The position numbers were made by a program, and so were the translations under genes. Positions 1 through 14,432 of a DNA stretch of 64,000 nucleotides are shown here, one piece after another; position 1 is the first letter of the stretch, and every line of letters starts with the position of its first letter. The DNA is from Mobula hypostoma (taxonomy: Eukaryota). The stretch covers positions 196,480,001 to 196,544,000 of the forward strand of contig NC_086097.1 of assembly GCF_963921235.1 (NCBI RefSeq), written 5' to 3'. Under the pieces are notes generated by a model, which searched no databases, had not been told where the DNA came from, and was given only the letters and a program-made list of their open reading frames with translations.

Positions 1-455
1 CAAGATTGGTAGTGTTCAAGACTGGCAATCCAGGTAAGTATAAAAGGTCCAGGAATGACTTCTGAAAGACCATCACATATGCTAAGTAGCAATTCCACAC
101 TAAACCTGAATCACAGTAGGATGTTCAGCAACTGCGGCAGGGCTTGAATGCCATCATATCCTACAAATCAAAGCCAAGCAACATAAATGACAACAAAGTT
201 TCACTCCCAGGTGAGCTCAATGCTTTCATTCATCATTGCATCATGGCCTGGTTGTATCACAGCCTGGTATGGAAACACCAATGTCCTTGAATGGAAAATC
301 CTACAAAATGTAGTAGATATAGCCCAGTTATTTATGGTAAAGTCCTCCCCACCATTGAGCACGTCTACATGAAGCACTATCACAGGAAGGCTGAATCCAT
401 CATCAAGGAACTCTACCACCCAGGCCATCCTTTCTTCTCGCTGCTGCCATTAGGA
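1..455 (+). mobile_element. Decayed Rex1/Babar-type LINE fragments
   Basis: GCITAWYGN and HPGHPFFSLLPLGR C-terminal motifs, shared with 3647-4045 and 19000-19300. The host sequence resumes at about 1330 after a CR1 insert. Confidence 0.7.
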
Positions 456-1327
456 AGAACATACAATAGTACAGCACATTACAGGCCCTTCAGCCCACAA
501 TGTTGTGCCGACCCTCAAACCCTGCCTCCCATATAACACCCCACCTTAAATTCCTCCATATACCTGTCTAGTAGTCTCTTAAACTTCACGAGTGTATCTG
601 CCTCCACCACTGACTCAGGCAGTGCATTCCATGCACCAACCACTCTCTGAGTAAAAAACCTTCCTCTAATATCTCCCTTGAACTTCTCACCCCTTACCGC
701 AAAGCCTTGTCCTCTTGTATTGAGCAGTGGTGCCCTGGGGAAGAGGTGCTGGCTATCCACTCTATCTATTCCCCTTATTATCTTGTACACCTCTGTCATG
801 TCTCCCCTTCATCCTCCTTCTCTCCAAAGAGTAAAGCCCTAGCTCCCTTAATCTCTGATCAGAATGCATACTCTCCAAACCAGGCAGCATCCTGGTAAAT
901 CTCCTCTGTACCCTCTCCAATGCTTCCATATCCTTCCTATAGTGAGGCGACTAGAACTGGACACAGTACTCCAAGTGTGGCCTAACCAGAGTTTTATAGA
1001 GCTGCATCATTACATCACGACTCTTAAACTCTATCCCTCGACTTATGAAAGCTAACACCCCATAAGCTTTCCTAACTACCCTATCCACCTGTGAGGCAAC
1101 TTTCAGGGATCTGTGGACATGTACCCCGAGATCCCTCTGCTCCTCCACACTACCAAGTATCCTGCCATTTACTTTGTACTCTGCCTTGGAGTTTGTCCTT
1201 CCAAAGTATACCAGCTCACACTTCTCCGGGTTGAACTCCATCTGCCACTTCTCAGCCCACTTCTGCATCCTATCAATGTCTCTCTGCAATCTTCGACAAT
1301 CCTCTACACTATCTACAACATCACCAA
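456..1327 (-). mobile_element. 5'-truncated CR1 LINE (3' end of ORF2 plus tail)
   Basis: ORFs 951-1289 and 515-799 (KWQMEFNPEKC, LVRPHLEYCVQF, FFTQRVVGAWNALP). Nearly identical to the 3' part of the element at 54399-57791. Confidence 0.93.
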
Positions 1328-1499
1328 TGAGAGGGAACAGTTATTACCCTTCAGCTATCTGGTTATTTGAACTTGGAACAAGGTTTCACTCCCAGATAAG
1401 CTTCATGTCTTTTCTGCTCACCTTGACCAAAAGAACATGGAGGCACCTTCACAAACTCCCACAGCCCCCCCCCCCCCAATTCCCAAAAAGGCTCAATTG

Positions 1500-4399
1500 G
1501 AGTCCAGCATGAGATCCTTCAGGAGGATGAATCCATGGAAAGCATCTGGCCCAGGCAGCGTACCTGGCTGAGTATGAAGACCTGTGCTAATCATAGGCCA
1601 GATTGTTTACAAACATCTTCAACCTCCTGCTTCAGCAGTCTGAGGTACCCATCTGGATTGAGCAGGCTTCATTCCTATCAGGCTCAAGAACATGGTAGCC
1701 CGCCTCGATGACTATCATCCCATAACATTTACATCCACTGTGATGGATTGATTCAAAAGGTTAGTCATGAAGCATATTGACTCCTGCCTGAGGAGAGACC
1801 TGGATCCACCCCAATTTGCCTACTGTCACAATGGGTCAACAGCAGATGCCATTCACTCAGCTCTGGAACACCTGGCCAGTGAAGGTGCTTACAGCTCAGC
1901 ATTCATTACTATCATCCACCGAAATCTCATCACTAAGCTCTAAGCCTTAGACCTCGGTACCTCCTTGTGCAACTATATCCTTGATTTTTCCACTAGCAGA
2001 CTCCAATTAATATGGATTAGCAGCATCTCCTCCACACTCAGCAGACGTACACCACAAGTCTGAGTGCTTAGGCTCCTGCTTTACTCACTTTATGTTTGAC
2101 TGCGTGCCTAAGTACAGCTCCAAAGTCGTATTTAAGCTTGCTGATGACACCATTATCGGCTCTTCACTCAACCTTGGAACACTGGACAGCAAAGGTGCGT
2201 ACATCAGGATGCTCTTTATCAACTACAGTTCATCATTCAACACTATCATCCTCTCAAAACTAATCAATAAGCTTCAAGACCTTGGCCTCAATACCTCCTT
2301 GTGCAACTGAATCCTCAATTTTCTCATTTGCAGACCCCAGTCCGTTCAAACTTGCAACAAGATCTTCTCCACAAACTCTATCAGCACAGGTGCACCACAA
2401 GGCTGTGTGCTTAGCCCCCTGGTCTACTTGCTTTACACTTACGACTGTGTGGCTAAGCACAGCTCCAGTGCCATATTTAAGTTAGCTGATGACACCACTG
2501 ACATTGGCCAAATCATACAGGAGGGAGATTGAAAATCTGGCTCAGGGGAGCCACAACAACAACCTCTCACTCAATGTCAGCAAGACCAAGGAACTAACTT
2601 CAGGGGAGGAAGCCAGAGTCAGTCCTCATTGAGGTGGAGAGGGTTGGTAACTTTAAATTTGGTGTGATAATTTCACACCAGCATGTAAATGCTATTTTAA
2701 AGAAAGCACTGCAGTGCCTCTACTTTTTTTAGAAGTCTGTAGTCTTCAACTACTGCACAGAGTCTTGTCATCTTCAGAAGTTTTCGGATGACCCTGCCAT
2801 AGTTAGATGCATCAGCAAGGGAGATGAGGTTGAGTACAGGGCTACGGTAGAAAACTTTGTCACATGGTGTGAGCAGAATTATCTGCAGCTTAATATGAAA
2901 AAGACTAAGGAGCTGGTGGTAGACCTGAGGAGAGCTAAGGTACCAGTGACCCCTGTTTCCATCCAGGGGGTCAGTGTGGACATGGTGGAGGATTACAAAT
3001 ACCTGGGGATATGAATTGACAATAAACTGGACTGGTCAAAGAACACTGAGGCTGTCTACAAGAAGGGTCAGAGCCGTCTCTACTTCCTGAGGAGACTGAG
3101 GTCCTTTAACATCTGCCGGACGATGCTGAGGAAGTTCTACGAGTCTGTGGTGGCCAGTGCTATCATGTTTGCTGTTGTGTGCTGGGGCAGCAGGCTGAGG
3201 GTAGCAGACACCAACAGAATCAATAAACTTATTCGTAAGGCCAGTGATGTTGTGGGGATGGAACTGGACTCTCTGACGGTGGTGTCTGAAAAGAGGATGC
3301 TGTCCATGTTGCATGCCATCTTAGTCAATGTCTCCCATCCACTATATAATGTACTGGGTGGGCACAGGAGTACATTCAGCCAGAGACTCATTCCTCCAAG
3401 ATGCAGCACAGAGCATCATAGGATGTCATTCCTGCCTGTGGCCATCAAACTTTACAACTCCTCCCTTGGAGGGTCAGACACCCTGTGCCGATAGGCTGGT
3501 CCTGGACATTTCATAATTTACTGGCATAATTTACATATTACTATTTAACTATTTATGGTTCTATGACTATTTATTATTTATGGTGCAACTGGAACGAAAA
3601 CCAATTTCCCCCTGGGATCAATAAAGTATGACTATGACGATTTGGCATGACATCTAAAACTCTGACTAATTTCTACAGATGTGTAGTGAAGAGTATATTG
3701 ACTGGCTGCATCATGGCCTGGTATGGAAACAACAATGCCTTTGAACAGAAAAACCTACAAAAAGCAGTGGATACAGCCCAGTCCATCAAGGGTAAAGCTC
3801 TCCCCAGCACTGAGCACATCTACACAAAGCACTGTCACTGTCAAAGCAGCATCCATCAGCAAGGATCCCAACGACCCAGGCTATGCTCTCTGTTCACTGT
3901 TGCCATCAGGAAGAAGGTAGAGGAGCATCAGAACCCACACCATCAGGTTCAGGAACAGTTATTACCCCTCAACCATCAAGCCCTTGAACCAATGGGGATA
4001 ATTTCACTCAGCATTACTCAGTCCATCACTGAACCGTTCTCATAACCTATTGACTCAGATTCAAGGGCTCTTCACTCTCTTGTTCTCCATATTTATTGCT
4101 TATTTATTTATTTATTATTTCTTTTTTTTCTTTTGTATTTGCACACACCACAACTTTGAACTGATTCTACAACCTACGGACTCACTTTCAAGGACTCCTG
4201 TACAACTCATATTCTCAGTATTTTTTTTATATTTGCACAGTTTGTCTTCTTTTGCACATTGTCAATCTTTATGCATGGCTTTTCATATTGTATTTTGTTA
4301 TTTTTCCTGTAAATGCCTGCAAGAAAATGAATCTCAGAGTAGTATATGGTTAACATATACATACTTTGATAATAAATTTACTATATTTTGAACTTTGAA
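1500..4399 (+). mobile_element. Composite decayed Rex1/Babar LINE RT fragments, interrupted at about 2743-3638
   Basis: [24 protein letters not shown] and TLTNFYRCVVKSILTGCIMAWYGN; ends in an aataaattta...tgaactttga tail. Confidence 0.8.
2743..3638 (+). mobile_element. Nested 5'-truncated Rex1/Babar LINE of a second subfamily
   Basis: ORF 3123-3494 (FYESVVASAIMFAVVCWG...SFLPVAIKLYN) and tail aataaagtatgactatgac; the host reading resumes at gatttggcatgacatc. Confidence 0.8.
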
Positions 4400-6501
4400 T
4401 TTTTCAGGTAAGTAGAAAGGAGCCACAGAAGATGGATAACATTTGCATTTGGGAAAGACCATGAAATAGTTTTTCTGAGGTACTTCCAAGCTTTAACAGT
4501 AGGACCTACCTAATATGTTTTACCCCAGTGACCAGTTACAATGTACTAATAGAATGACAGGCAGGGTTAGGACATCACCATCTTGGGAGAGGACAAGCAG
4601 GAGAGTATCAGAAAGCTTAAGTGTTGTGGGGAGGAGGTGGTTGTGATCAGAAAGTTTAAAGTGAGCTTGGTTATGAAAGAGCTAGCAATAATAGCAGGAT
4701 TATTTACAAACCATAGGCTGCAATAGGGTAATGCTGAGGATTGGAAAGGTTGACGGTTGGGATCTGGAAAATTAGGAAGAGCAGGGCTTTGCATTTCAAA
4801 GAAGAGGTCAATAGCCAATTGATGGGGTGGTTAGACAGGAGTAACTTGTTGGCATGATGGGTCTGTGGAAATTTTATTTTTCCTTCTGGCCACATACAGT
4901 CCTATACTACTGTTTGCTCACTGGATTTAGCAGCCTGTGGCTGTCATGACCAGAAAACGCAACAGCTGAAGTTAAGTCTGCATCAGAGTTACAACTATGA
5001 GCCTGTCTCATGTGTTTGTGGGACTAGGTGTGGTTAAGGAGTTTAAAAGTTCCACATTCTTCATAAGCCAGTCTCCTTGTACTTCAACATAATTTTGTAA
5101 ATCTGAGAATAATGGATGCAGCTTAAAAACTGATGAGGTAACGATACAAAAATGAAAATAAACTATCTTTGTGTTTGATTGTTATACAAATAGCACCCAG
5201 ATTGATTGTATGGGATCGTTTTTAAAATTCCTCCTCTTCTACCAAGCCAGCAGAAACAGTGGCCCTTTCCTGTCCTCTCCTAACATATATAAAAAGAGAC
5301 AGTTGTCTGCCTGGATAGACTGAAGGTCACTTTGTGTTTGGAAATAATGACCTAGTAATGACATTACAGCAGCCATTAAAATCAAGAGCCACACAAACAA
5401 TACTACAGTGGTTCTCCATCCCAGCGCCTGTACCTCACTGGGAGCCCACACTCTCTAAAGTACTAACAATGGCTGGAATTGTTTTGTTGAGACCCAACAA
5501 CCACAGGCATCCAGTAAAGTTTCTGTTCTTAATGCTACCTGCTAATACTGATGTTGGTTTCACCTGTTTTGGTGCGAGTCTGATGTACATCAACTTATTA
5601 AGGCAGGGAGAAAATAACGGCATCATCCTGAGCTCCTTGAGGTTTCTCTCGCAAATTAGATGAATCAAGTGTATTAAGACGTCAAATTAAACAGAAGCAA
5701 GTGGGAATACAACAGATGTCACAAGACTAGATTTCATATACTGTGTATTCAGTCTAATTTTAAAAACATTAAATCGTGGTATAAAAATTATTAATGTCCC
5801 TGGACCTTGCAGTTTAATGAGAATTATAATAGGAACATATTTAATTAGCATCAATATTGTTCTGCCATATCTACATTGTGAATATCCCGTCTCTACAGAA
5901 TATATCCAGTCCATGTTAATCCAGGCCGAACTACCTCACACCCACAAGGCCAATATACAGTAGACTATAAATAAAACTGCAACAGTGATTACTTCTTCCA
6001 AATCCATGCAAATTTTATCTGAAACCTCTCATCCTAATCTCACCAGCGAGGTTTATGCCTCTGTCTAAATTCCTACACAGATCTGACCATAACAAAATGG
6101 AATTGAAATGGACGTGTAAGATATTAAGGGATATGGAGTGAGGGACAAACCAAGCAGCCTTCTATTGAGGGAAATGAGAAACCAACATGCTGTGGAGGGT
6201 ATAAAAGAACTCTGGAGGACACGTTCATTAATTTATTGCCCTGAGGCCGATTAGAAAGTAGCACAATGCTAAAGACAATCCTAACCCATAAAAGATCCAA
6301 CCTCAGTGAAAATGGTTTGTTTCCCTACACCACAACAGTAATTATATTTCAAAACAATTATTTTGTTGAAAACCATTTTGAGACATCTTGTATTCATGGT
6401 AGATCTTTTCTTTACATCCCAAATATATATATTTTTTACTTTCAATTAAAATGACATTGGCTCTGAAATAGGCATCCAAAGTAGCTTCTAATTTTGCTGA
6501 C

Positions 6502-6663
6502 CTTATCTGTGACAAGAGGTAGACGCATGCTCTCCAGATGTTTACCCTGCTGACTGAAGATAAAATACTGCTCCTTCGATTTCGGAATGATAAAGTGAAG
6601 CTGCACTTCCTCTCCCAGCATGGAGGAGGAAAATGTAAATGCATGTAGTGTAGAATCAGACAC
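6502..6663 (-). CDS. GREB1L: GREB1L exon 20 (162 nt): [31 protein letters not shown]...[13 protein letters not shown]
   Basis: Strong peptide match; tttcag acceptor, AAG|gtcagc donor. I did not find the next exon in 1-6501. Confidence 0.95.
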
Positions 6664-8146
6664 CTGAAACACAATGAGACCATGGATTCAATCTCACCAG
6701 CTAATTTTTGTACTTAACTATTACAAGAAGTAATCTGGATATCATTGCAATGAAATTTAATGCATCTAAACTACATCATATTCAGTAACTTTGGATATTA
6801 GATGAAAAAAATGAAAAATACATCAGAATAAAATTAAATTTAAACCAGTTAAATTTGAGAATACAGATTGCTCACAATATACAGGAAAAGCTTTAAAGGA
6901 TCAAATGATCATGAGGATATATATCAACTTCTCACTGTGTAATTAGCCTTTCTCAACCTTTTTGCCCTTGAAATAATTTTCAGATCTCAGGGAAATCCTG
7001 CATTAAAATAATTATATCTACAGCTCAAGGTACGTTAGTGTGATCAGAAAGTTGTAGATATAATGATCCAAAAAAAATTGTCAATGCTCTTTAAAGTAGA
7101 GAATAAATTTTTAGCCAACCTTTTTTGAAATTAATCTATTTCTTTCTCGTTCATAAATTTCAAAAACTCATAAGGCAAACATAATAAATATCTGTTAAGT
7201 AACTGGCTTAAGCCAAAATAGGATTTATTTTTTTCTAAAGGTAGGCTTGGTAGATTTAATTTAATTAAAATCAATTTACAACCTTTATTTAACACTATTT
7301 ATAACATGAAAATTTATTGACAAAGTTACTAAAAATCATAAGCTGAAGCAATATGAATAAAAATATAACCTAAGACACAATTCTATACAAATCTTTGAAA
7401 AAACATTGTCTTACTATGTGACATGATCAGTTCATTTACTCCCAAAAGCCAGTCGGTGGCGTGCAAGGGGAAGATGGGGGAGGTAATTTGGGAGGGAGAG
7501 GCTGACGTCACAGCCCGAGTTGGGCGAATCCATTCAATGCTTGGAAGATGCACCACACTGATCAACCTACTGTCCTTCTCTCTGTTCAATACAGCACCCA
7601 CCAATTATCAAAGGCCTCCCCAATCTCATGTCAAAAACTGAGAATGAACCCAACCAAATAATCACGGTCCTACTGTGCACTGAAAGACCTTTAATGAGAT
7701 TGCTAAAGGAGGTGCTCTTTCACTGCCCACCACTGCAAGCACTAGCATCAAGCATTGCACGAAGTTCAAAGAATTGTGTTTAGTTTTTTTTAAATCACAA
7801 TCTCTTGCAGAACCCCTAGTGACCTCTTGAGGAGGAGAAACCCCCAGGTGAGAAAGCCTGGTATACATTAAATAAGGTAAGAGTAACTTTAAGACAGATT
7901 GTATCAAAAGTCCAACAGAAAGAAGCATGACACTTCATTTAAGTCCTGTGAATACTCAATCATGCCTGGCTGGAAAACAAGGACTGCTCACTTTGTGCTT
8001 TTGAAAATATTAGAAAATGAACTATTCTTGTGTTAAATAAAATGAAAATAATATATTGTTGCTTGGAAATGGATATTAAAAGAAGTTATGTTGATTTTGT
8101 AGAAACCAGATTTAAACAAAGTAAAATATCTGTATTTGATACTGAC

Positions 8147-8289
8147 CTGTGTTGCAGGGCTAAAATCAACATAGTGATGGCAGTGCTCGCAATGGTGGAA
8201 CGTGTTATACGCAGCGTATTTAGTTAACATAATAGAAACCGTCTCTTGTTTCGTTGATCCGTCACTTGAGCTGCAACTTTTGCCACTTT
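8147..8289 (-). CDS. GREB1L: GREB1L exon 19 (143 nt): SGKSCSS...[33 protein letters not shown]
   Basis: Strong peptide match; ttccag acceptor, CAG|gtcagt donor. Confidence 0.94.
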
Positions 8290-9105
8290 CTGGAAAATTC
8301 AAAGCCTTTCATTGTCAACTATAGCATGTAAAGCTAAAGTAAATGCACAAATAAGTAAGGCACAGAAATGGGCATAAGCATCTTGTATATGTTGATGGCC
8401 ATCTTTTTTTTACAAAAAGTTTACCAATGAAGACAAAGCATAATAAATAATTGAAATACACTTTTGTGTATAGATTGTAAGAATTAATGGCTTTGTTAAA
8501 TTACAAACAGGCACTTCATTCAAATACCCAGGTATAGCTTGCAAACTGGAGAACTGTTGTTCCTTCTGATACACTGGTGGTATCATTATCCAGCCTGAAA
8601 TTCTTTCTAAGAAATTGTGCTATTAAAAAGGCGGCAGACACGTTTTTAATCCACAAACATGCATTCTACATTAAATCATGAAGATGCAGTTATCTGCATT
8701 CATGTGAGAGGTACGTTTTGCCACAGATGTCATGTTATGCATCCAGTTCAATGGGCCACTACATAACAGCATGGTAAGACAGTGCCCTTCAAACACACTG
8801 GAAAGACATCAGAAGCCACAAGCAGTGTGATGTGAATTGCCCTTCTGTTCTGATAGAAAACAGTAAAGATTAGTTACTGAAATTAATCAAACCTCTCCTA
8901 GATCAATAATCTGTTGCTGTAGGCCATTTATGAGGCTCCACTGGAAGCAAAGTCAGACCTCAACTGGCATTAAATCTTTTGGGTGCTGCCATTAGCTCTG
9001 CAGTATTAGAGTAATTAGAGGTGAAATCCAAAGAGAAATAGTAACTGCTTAGTATTTCAAAAGGATACAGATGTAAACATGCAATGCAAACAAAGTTCTG
9101 CTGAC

Positions 9106-9261
9106 CTAGCTTAACCTTCGGCAGCTTGTCTGAGTAGACAGAACTGATGTGGCGATATTTTGGATCATGTACTGTGTAGTCAAAGGTCATTTTACTGAAG
9201 AGTTCAATATCAGGCCAATGCGCATTAGTTCCTTGCACATGCTCCTTTGCTTCTTTCATCT
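9106..9261 (-). CDS. GREB1L: GREB1L exon 18 (156 nt): MKEAKEH...WPDIELFSKMTFDYTVHDPKY...KLPKVKL
   Basis: Conserved WPDIE.FSKM.FD..VHDPKY; ttcag acceptor, G|gtcag donor. Confidence 0.94.
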
Positions 9262-9498
9262 CTGAAACATAAAAAAATCACTGAAAATTTTGAACTTCCT
9301 TGTATCACTTAATTGTGCATTTAATAAAGAAGTAGAATGAACAAACACAGCTAACAGTAAACTTTAATTTGATCACAAACAGCACCAATTTCCTAGTTTT
9401 GGTGTCCTTCCATCTTGCTGAGTTGGTGCACAGCAATAGGATATGGAGCCCCACAGCAATTGCCTATGCCATGGTCATTCTGATTTAGTTCCTTAATA

Positions 9499-9706
9499 CT
9501 GGGGTCCCCAACCCTTTCTGCACTGCAGACCGGTTTAATATTGACAATATTCTTGCGGACTAGCCAACCGGGGGGTGGGGGGTGGGGGGTGGGGTGTTAG
9601 TCAACAGTGGGTGCGACAGGGAATGAGGAAAGGTGCAGCTGACTCATATCATTTCATATCGCCAAATCATATCGTTTCCTCGCGGCCCGGTGGTTGGGGA
9701 CCACTG
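9499..9706. mobile_element. hAT (Charlie-like) MITE
   Basis: Termini ctggggtccccaacc / ggttggggaccactg; 8-bp TSD ccttaata/ccttaatg. Confidence 0.85.
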
Positions 9707-9982
9707 CCTTAATGAACCAAGTCTCATTAGCTTGAGGGGGAGCCATTATGTGCAGCATTGTTATATAACACCTCTGCTTTAGCACTAAAGTCTCAATAAT
9801 AAATAACAACAAATTTTTCATTATTGTTTCTTATTGCTGCTTTAGTACCAGAGAATTCAAGGCATTGTCAATGTCAAGAACATATTAGTTCTGAAGTATG
9901 GACAATAATCATATGTAAACTACAGATCATGCAAAAACAAAAGTTAACTGTATTAACCATATAGTTACCAAAATATATTTAC

Positions 9983-10085
9983 CTTCATTAATCTCTTCTT
10001 CATTGTATACATCAACCTCTAATAGTCTTATTAGCATGCGGGAAAGAATTCTAAGGAACTGCAAGTACGCACCAGTCTTTCCAAC
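9983..10085 (-). CDS. GREB1L: GREB1L exon 17 (103 nt): [34 protein letters not shown]
   Basis: Strong peptide match; cacag acceptor, G|gtaaat donor. Confidence 0.95.
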
Positions 10086-13022
10086 CTGTGATGAAAAAAC
10101 CTGGTTAAATCTATTATCATGTTGGGGAAAAAAATCCAAATATTAACCTATTGCAAGATGTATTAATACTTACTAAAATACTTCTGAAAGCTGGCAAAAT
10201 AAGGCTAAAGATAGGCAATATTTTAAGTGTGAATTTTGAATTTAAAATGCATATTTCTATTCACTTGCAGACAAATTTATAAATGTTAATTTGGGGCAGT
10301 TACTGCTGGACAGATTATATGGAAATGATACAAACTCAAACAGTCTGTAAGTGAAGTAACTAAGAATGCTGCTAGTATAATAATTATGTTCCCTTTATAA
10401 ACAGCAGAGGACAGCAGTTCAGTAAGTAGTGTTTACATCTTGTGATTCATTCAAATACCAGGAAACACCTTTTTTCATTGCTTTAAAGGCAAGTCACAGT
10501 TACCAGAAGAAAATCTATTCGTACTTGTCCCCCTATGACAACGGAAATAGGATTTTTCTGACACTCACCCCATTATTGAGTTTTAAGCTGATATAATGAT
10601 TTTTACTGTACCTTTAGCTGCAGAAACCTGAATTAATTACTCTGATAAGAAGCCTATTAAGAACAGTGAAAAAATTCAAGGTACACTGTCCAAATAAATG
10701 GCCCCTGCTTTGTTTGCAGGTTCAGAAAATAACCCATTTTGACAATGGTCATAGCAACTTAAAAATTATCATGTGTATGGTTCCTAAAATGTTTGTAGCA
10801 GAGTTTAGAAAGCCACTTAGTCTACCAAATCTATGCCACCTCTTTGTTTATTAGTTTATGGGGTATGGATATCATTGGGAAGGGCAGCATTATTGTCCAT
10901 CAATAAACACATTGTGAAATGAATTACTTACTAGGCATTTCAAACTGCATTTATAAGTTATACCGTCTGTTGGGTCCAGAGTCACATAAAGCCAGATTGG
11001 CTAAGTACTGGCAGCTTTCCTTCCCTCAAGGTTATCAGCTTCCAGTTTTTTCATTTATTCCAAATTTAAATTTCCCAGCAGCTATGATTGAACTTCAGTT
11101 CATGATTGATCAATAGTTCAGCTAAATTGTCTCCAGAGTAACTTGCCTCTAGTGTCGGTGAATTGGAGGGTGACAGGATATGAAACAAGGAGATAAGGAT
11201 GGGAATGGGACCAAGGGATTGCTCTGGGCTGATTGGCCTCCTCTATGCCAAAGGGGAAGTATGGGAATTGGAATCTTTTATTAAATTGCTTAGCTCTATC
11301 TCCACTAATGCACCAATGCAAATACAGTATTTTAGGTCTCTAATCTTAAAGTTTTCTTTCCTTGAAATATTTTTGTACGATCATGTCATGTTCTCTCTGT
11401 GAGTTTTGAATTGTGAGATACGCAAAACTCATGAATGACTATAGTAAGAGAGGAATGCATGACTGATGCAATTAGTGAGGAAACTCCAGGGCATGAAGAA
11501 TAAATTACTGAAGACAAGATGATTAATGTTTTGCAAATGGGACAGATTTTATCAGCAGCTAGCTAGAAAGACAGGAAAAAGAGTTTGCAGGCAAATGAGG
11601 GAAAATAGTTGGAGAATGTTATATTATAAGAGGAATAAGGTCACAGATGGAAAATAACTTTTTTGATGCTGGGTAATTACTAAACAGTTCAGTGAAGATG
11701 GTTGAGAATGACTTTGTATAATAAATAAATTGCTGGGAAGGTCCATATTAATATGGTAGACTGTATGAAGGCTTCAGTGGTAGGTGATTGAGATCATAGC
11801 AGTAGAAATAAACAGTCTTTCTGAGAGAGAAGAAATGAAATAGCAGTTAGCTTAAATCAGGTCAAATGCTAAATGATCACATTCTTACAGACCTGTTACT
11901 TTAGCTCCCAGTAGTACTTCAGAAACTTCAAAGGCATTGGTCTTTTCCAACCAACTACTAATGCTCCATCAATAGTCTTATCCCCACTGCACAATATTCA
12001 TTTTCTAAGTACAAGAAAGAAGGAGTAGGTGCAACTTGAAAGGATGTCGCTAGAAACCAAGGAACCGACTTGTTTACCACCTCTAGTAGACAGAAATGCA
12101 ATTTATGTCCCTCTCTCGAAATGAAAGCAGTTTTCTGCACAGAAATAAAGATTAAGTACACAACAAAACCTCACAGGAACTTTCCACCAAATGCTGGAGT
12201 GTGGAGGAGTTCACCATCAACTTACCGGAGATTCTACGAAATTCTAAAAGTCGAGACTTCTCATAATACAGATTCATTTATAGATGATAGACTTTTACAG
12301 TCATAGAATTGAGTGACAAAAGTACAAAGAAAATCTAAGACAGTGCAAGTTTAGTGGTGAGGGTGATGAGAGAAGCATCAGTGTTTTTAAATAACTGAAG
12401 TTTAATTAATTGATTAAACAATTATTATTTTTCACGCCTTCAGGATACTGGCCCACACTGATACTGAATATGGATTGATAAAGTCTAAAATTAATTGAAA
12501 ATTATGCTGTCAAACACATGAAACTCTCAGGTGTAATTCATTGCATTGGCAGCAGGGAAATCAATCAGAACAGAAACTTGATCATTTACAAATTCCTTCA
12601 CTCGTACTTCCACAAGGCCAGAAATATGACTAGTTAAAATAACCTTCCCATCAAGCGATTTGGATCACCAACCTAGCCCTCAGAAAATTAAGTTATGAAC
12701 CACTTCAGTACAACTTGCCCCTCTCCAATATCATCACCTTCTACAAGTACAGTGACTTTATTCAGTTCCATCTTACCACTAACTTTCTACTATACCATTC
12801 CAGTTCTCTGATATTCCACAATGAATGGCTAATTAAAGCTAAACAACATTTGCCACCATAGACATATAGAACAAAATACCAGCTTTATTACTGAAACTAC
12901 TTCCAGCAGCTCCATATCAGTGCATGACTCCACCCCAAATGTATTGGCTGTTGAAATTCTGCCTATGCTTCATTGTAACCTGTATGGTGACAATTGGTTT
13001 TCATGGACAACATCTCCTTCCG

Positions 13023-14432
13023 TAGAACCATAGAACGTTACAGCACAGAAACAGGCCTTTTGGCCGTTCTTGGCTGTGCTGAACCATTTTTCTGCCTAGT
13101 CCCACTGACCTGCACCTGGACCATATCCCTCTATGTACCTGTCCAAGTTTTTCTTAAATGTTAAAAGTGAGCCCGCATTTACCACTTCATCTGGCAGCTC
13201 ACTCCACACTCCCACCACTCTCTGTGTGAAGAAGCCCCCCCTAATGTTCCCTTTAAACTTTCCCCCCTTCACCCTGAACCCATGTCCTCCGTTTTTTTTC
13301 TCCCCTTGCTTCAGTGGAAAAAGCCTGCTTGCATTCACTCTATCTATACCCATCATAATTTTATATACCTCTATCAAATCTCCCCTCATTCTTCTACACT
13401 CCAGGGAATAAAGTCCAAATCTATTCAACCTTTCTCTGTAACTCAGTTTCTCAAGTCCCAGCAACATCCTTGTAAACCTTCTTTGCACTCTTTCAACCTT
13501 ATTAATATCCTTCCTGTAATTTGGTGACCAAAACTGCACACAATACTCCAAATTCGGCCTCACCAATGCCTTATACAACCTCATCATAACATTCCAGCTC
13601 TTATACTCAATACTTTGATTTATAAAGGCCAATGTACAAAAAGCTCTCTTTACGACCCTATCTGCCTGTGACACCACTTTTAGGGAATTTTGTATCTGTA
13701 TTCCCAGGTCTCTCTGTTCTACTGCACTCCTCAGTGCCTTACCATTTACCTTGTATGTTCTACCTTGGTTTGTCCTTCCAAAGTGCAATACCTCACACTT
13801 GTCTGTATTAAACTCCATCTGCCATTTTTCAGCCCATTTTTCCAGCTGGTCCAAATCCCTCTGCAAGCTTTGAAAACCTTCCTCACTGTCCACTACACCT
13901 CCAAGCTTTGTATCATCAACAAATTTCCTGATCCAATTTACCACATTATCATCCAGATCATTGATATAAATGATAAATAACAATGGACCCAGCACTGAAC
14001 CCTGTGGCACATCACTAGTCACAAGCCTCCACTCAGAGAAGCAATCCTCCACTACCACTCTCTGGCTTCTTCCATTGAGCCAATGTCTAATCCAGTTTAC
14101 TACCTCTCCATGTATACCTAGCAACTGAATCTTCCTAGCTAACCTCCCATGCGCAACTTTGTCAAAGGCCTTACTGAAGTCCATGGAGACAACATCCACT
14201 GCCTTCCCTTCATCCACTTTCCTGGTAACCTCCTCGAAAAAATCTAATAGATTGGTTAAACATGACCTACCACACACAAAGCCATGTTGACTCTCCCTAA
14301 TAAGTGCCTGTCTATTCAAATGCTTGTAGATCCTATCTTTTAGTACTCCTTCCAATAATTTACCTACTACCGACGTCAAACTTACCGGTCTATAATTTCC
14401 TGGATTACTTTTACAGCCTTTTTTAAACAACC
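13023..14432 (-). mobile_element. 5'-truncated CR1 LINE with uninterrupted 444-aa RT/C-terminal frame
   Basis: NYRPVSLTSVVGKLLE, QHGF, DFSKAFD, PQGSVLGP, FVDDTK; (ttctatgg)-type tail. Confidence 0.95.

Noticed and set aside
4400..12900. Many short 60-110 aa ORFs on both strands
   Set aside because: Apart from those overlapping the identified exons, they show no recognisable motifs and are consistent with chance ORFs in intronic DNA.
13096..14430. 444-aa ORF as an additional GREB1L exon or domesticated RT
   Set aside because: It is a 5'-truncated CR1 with a tail; GREB1L exons 16 and 17 already join in frame without it.
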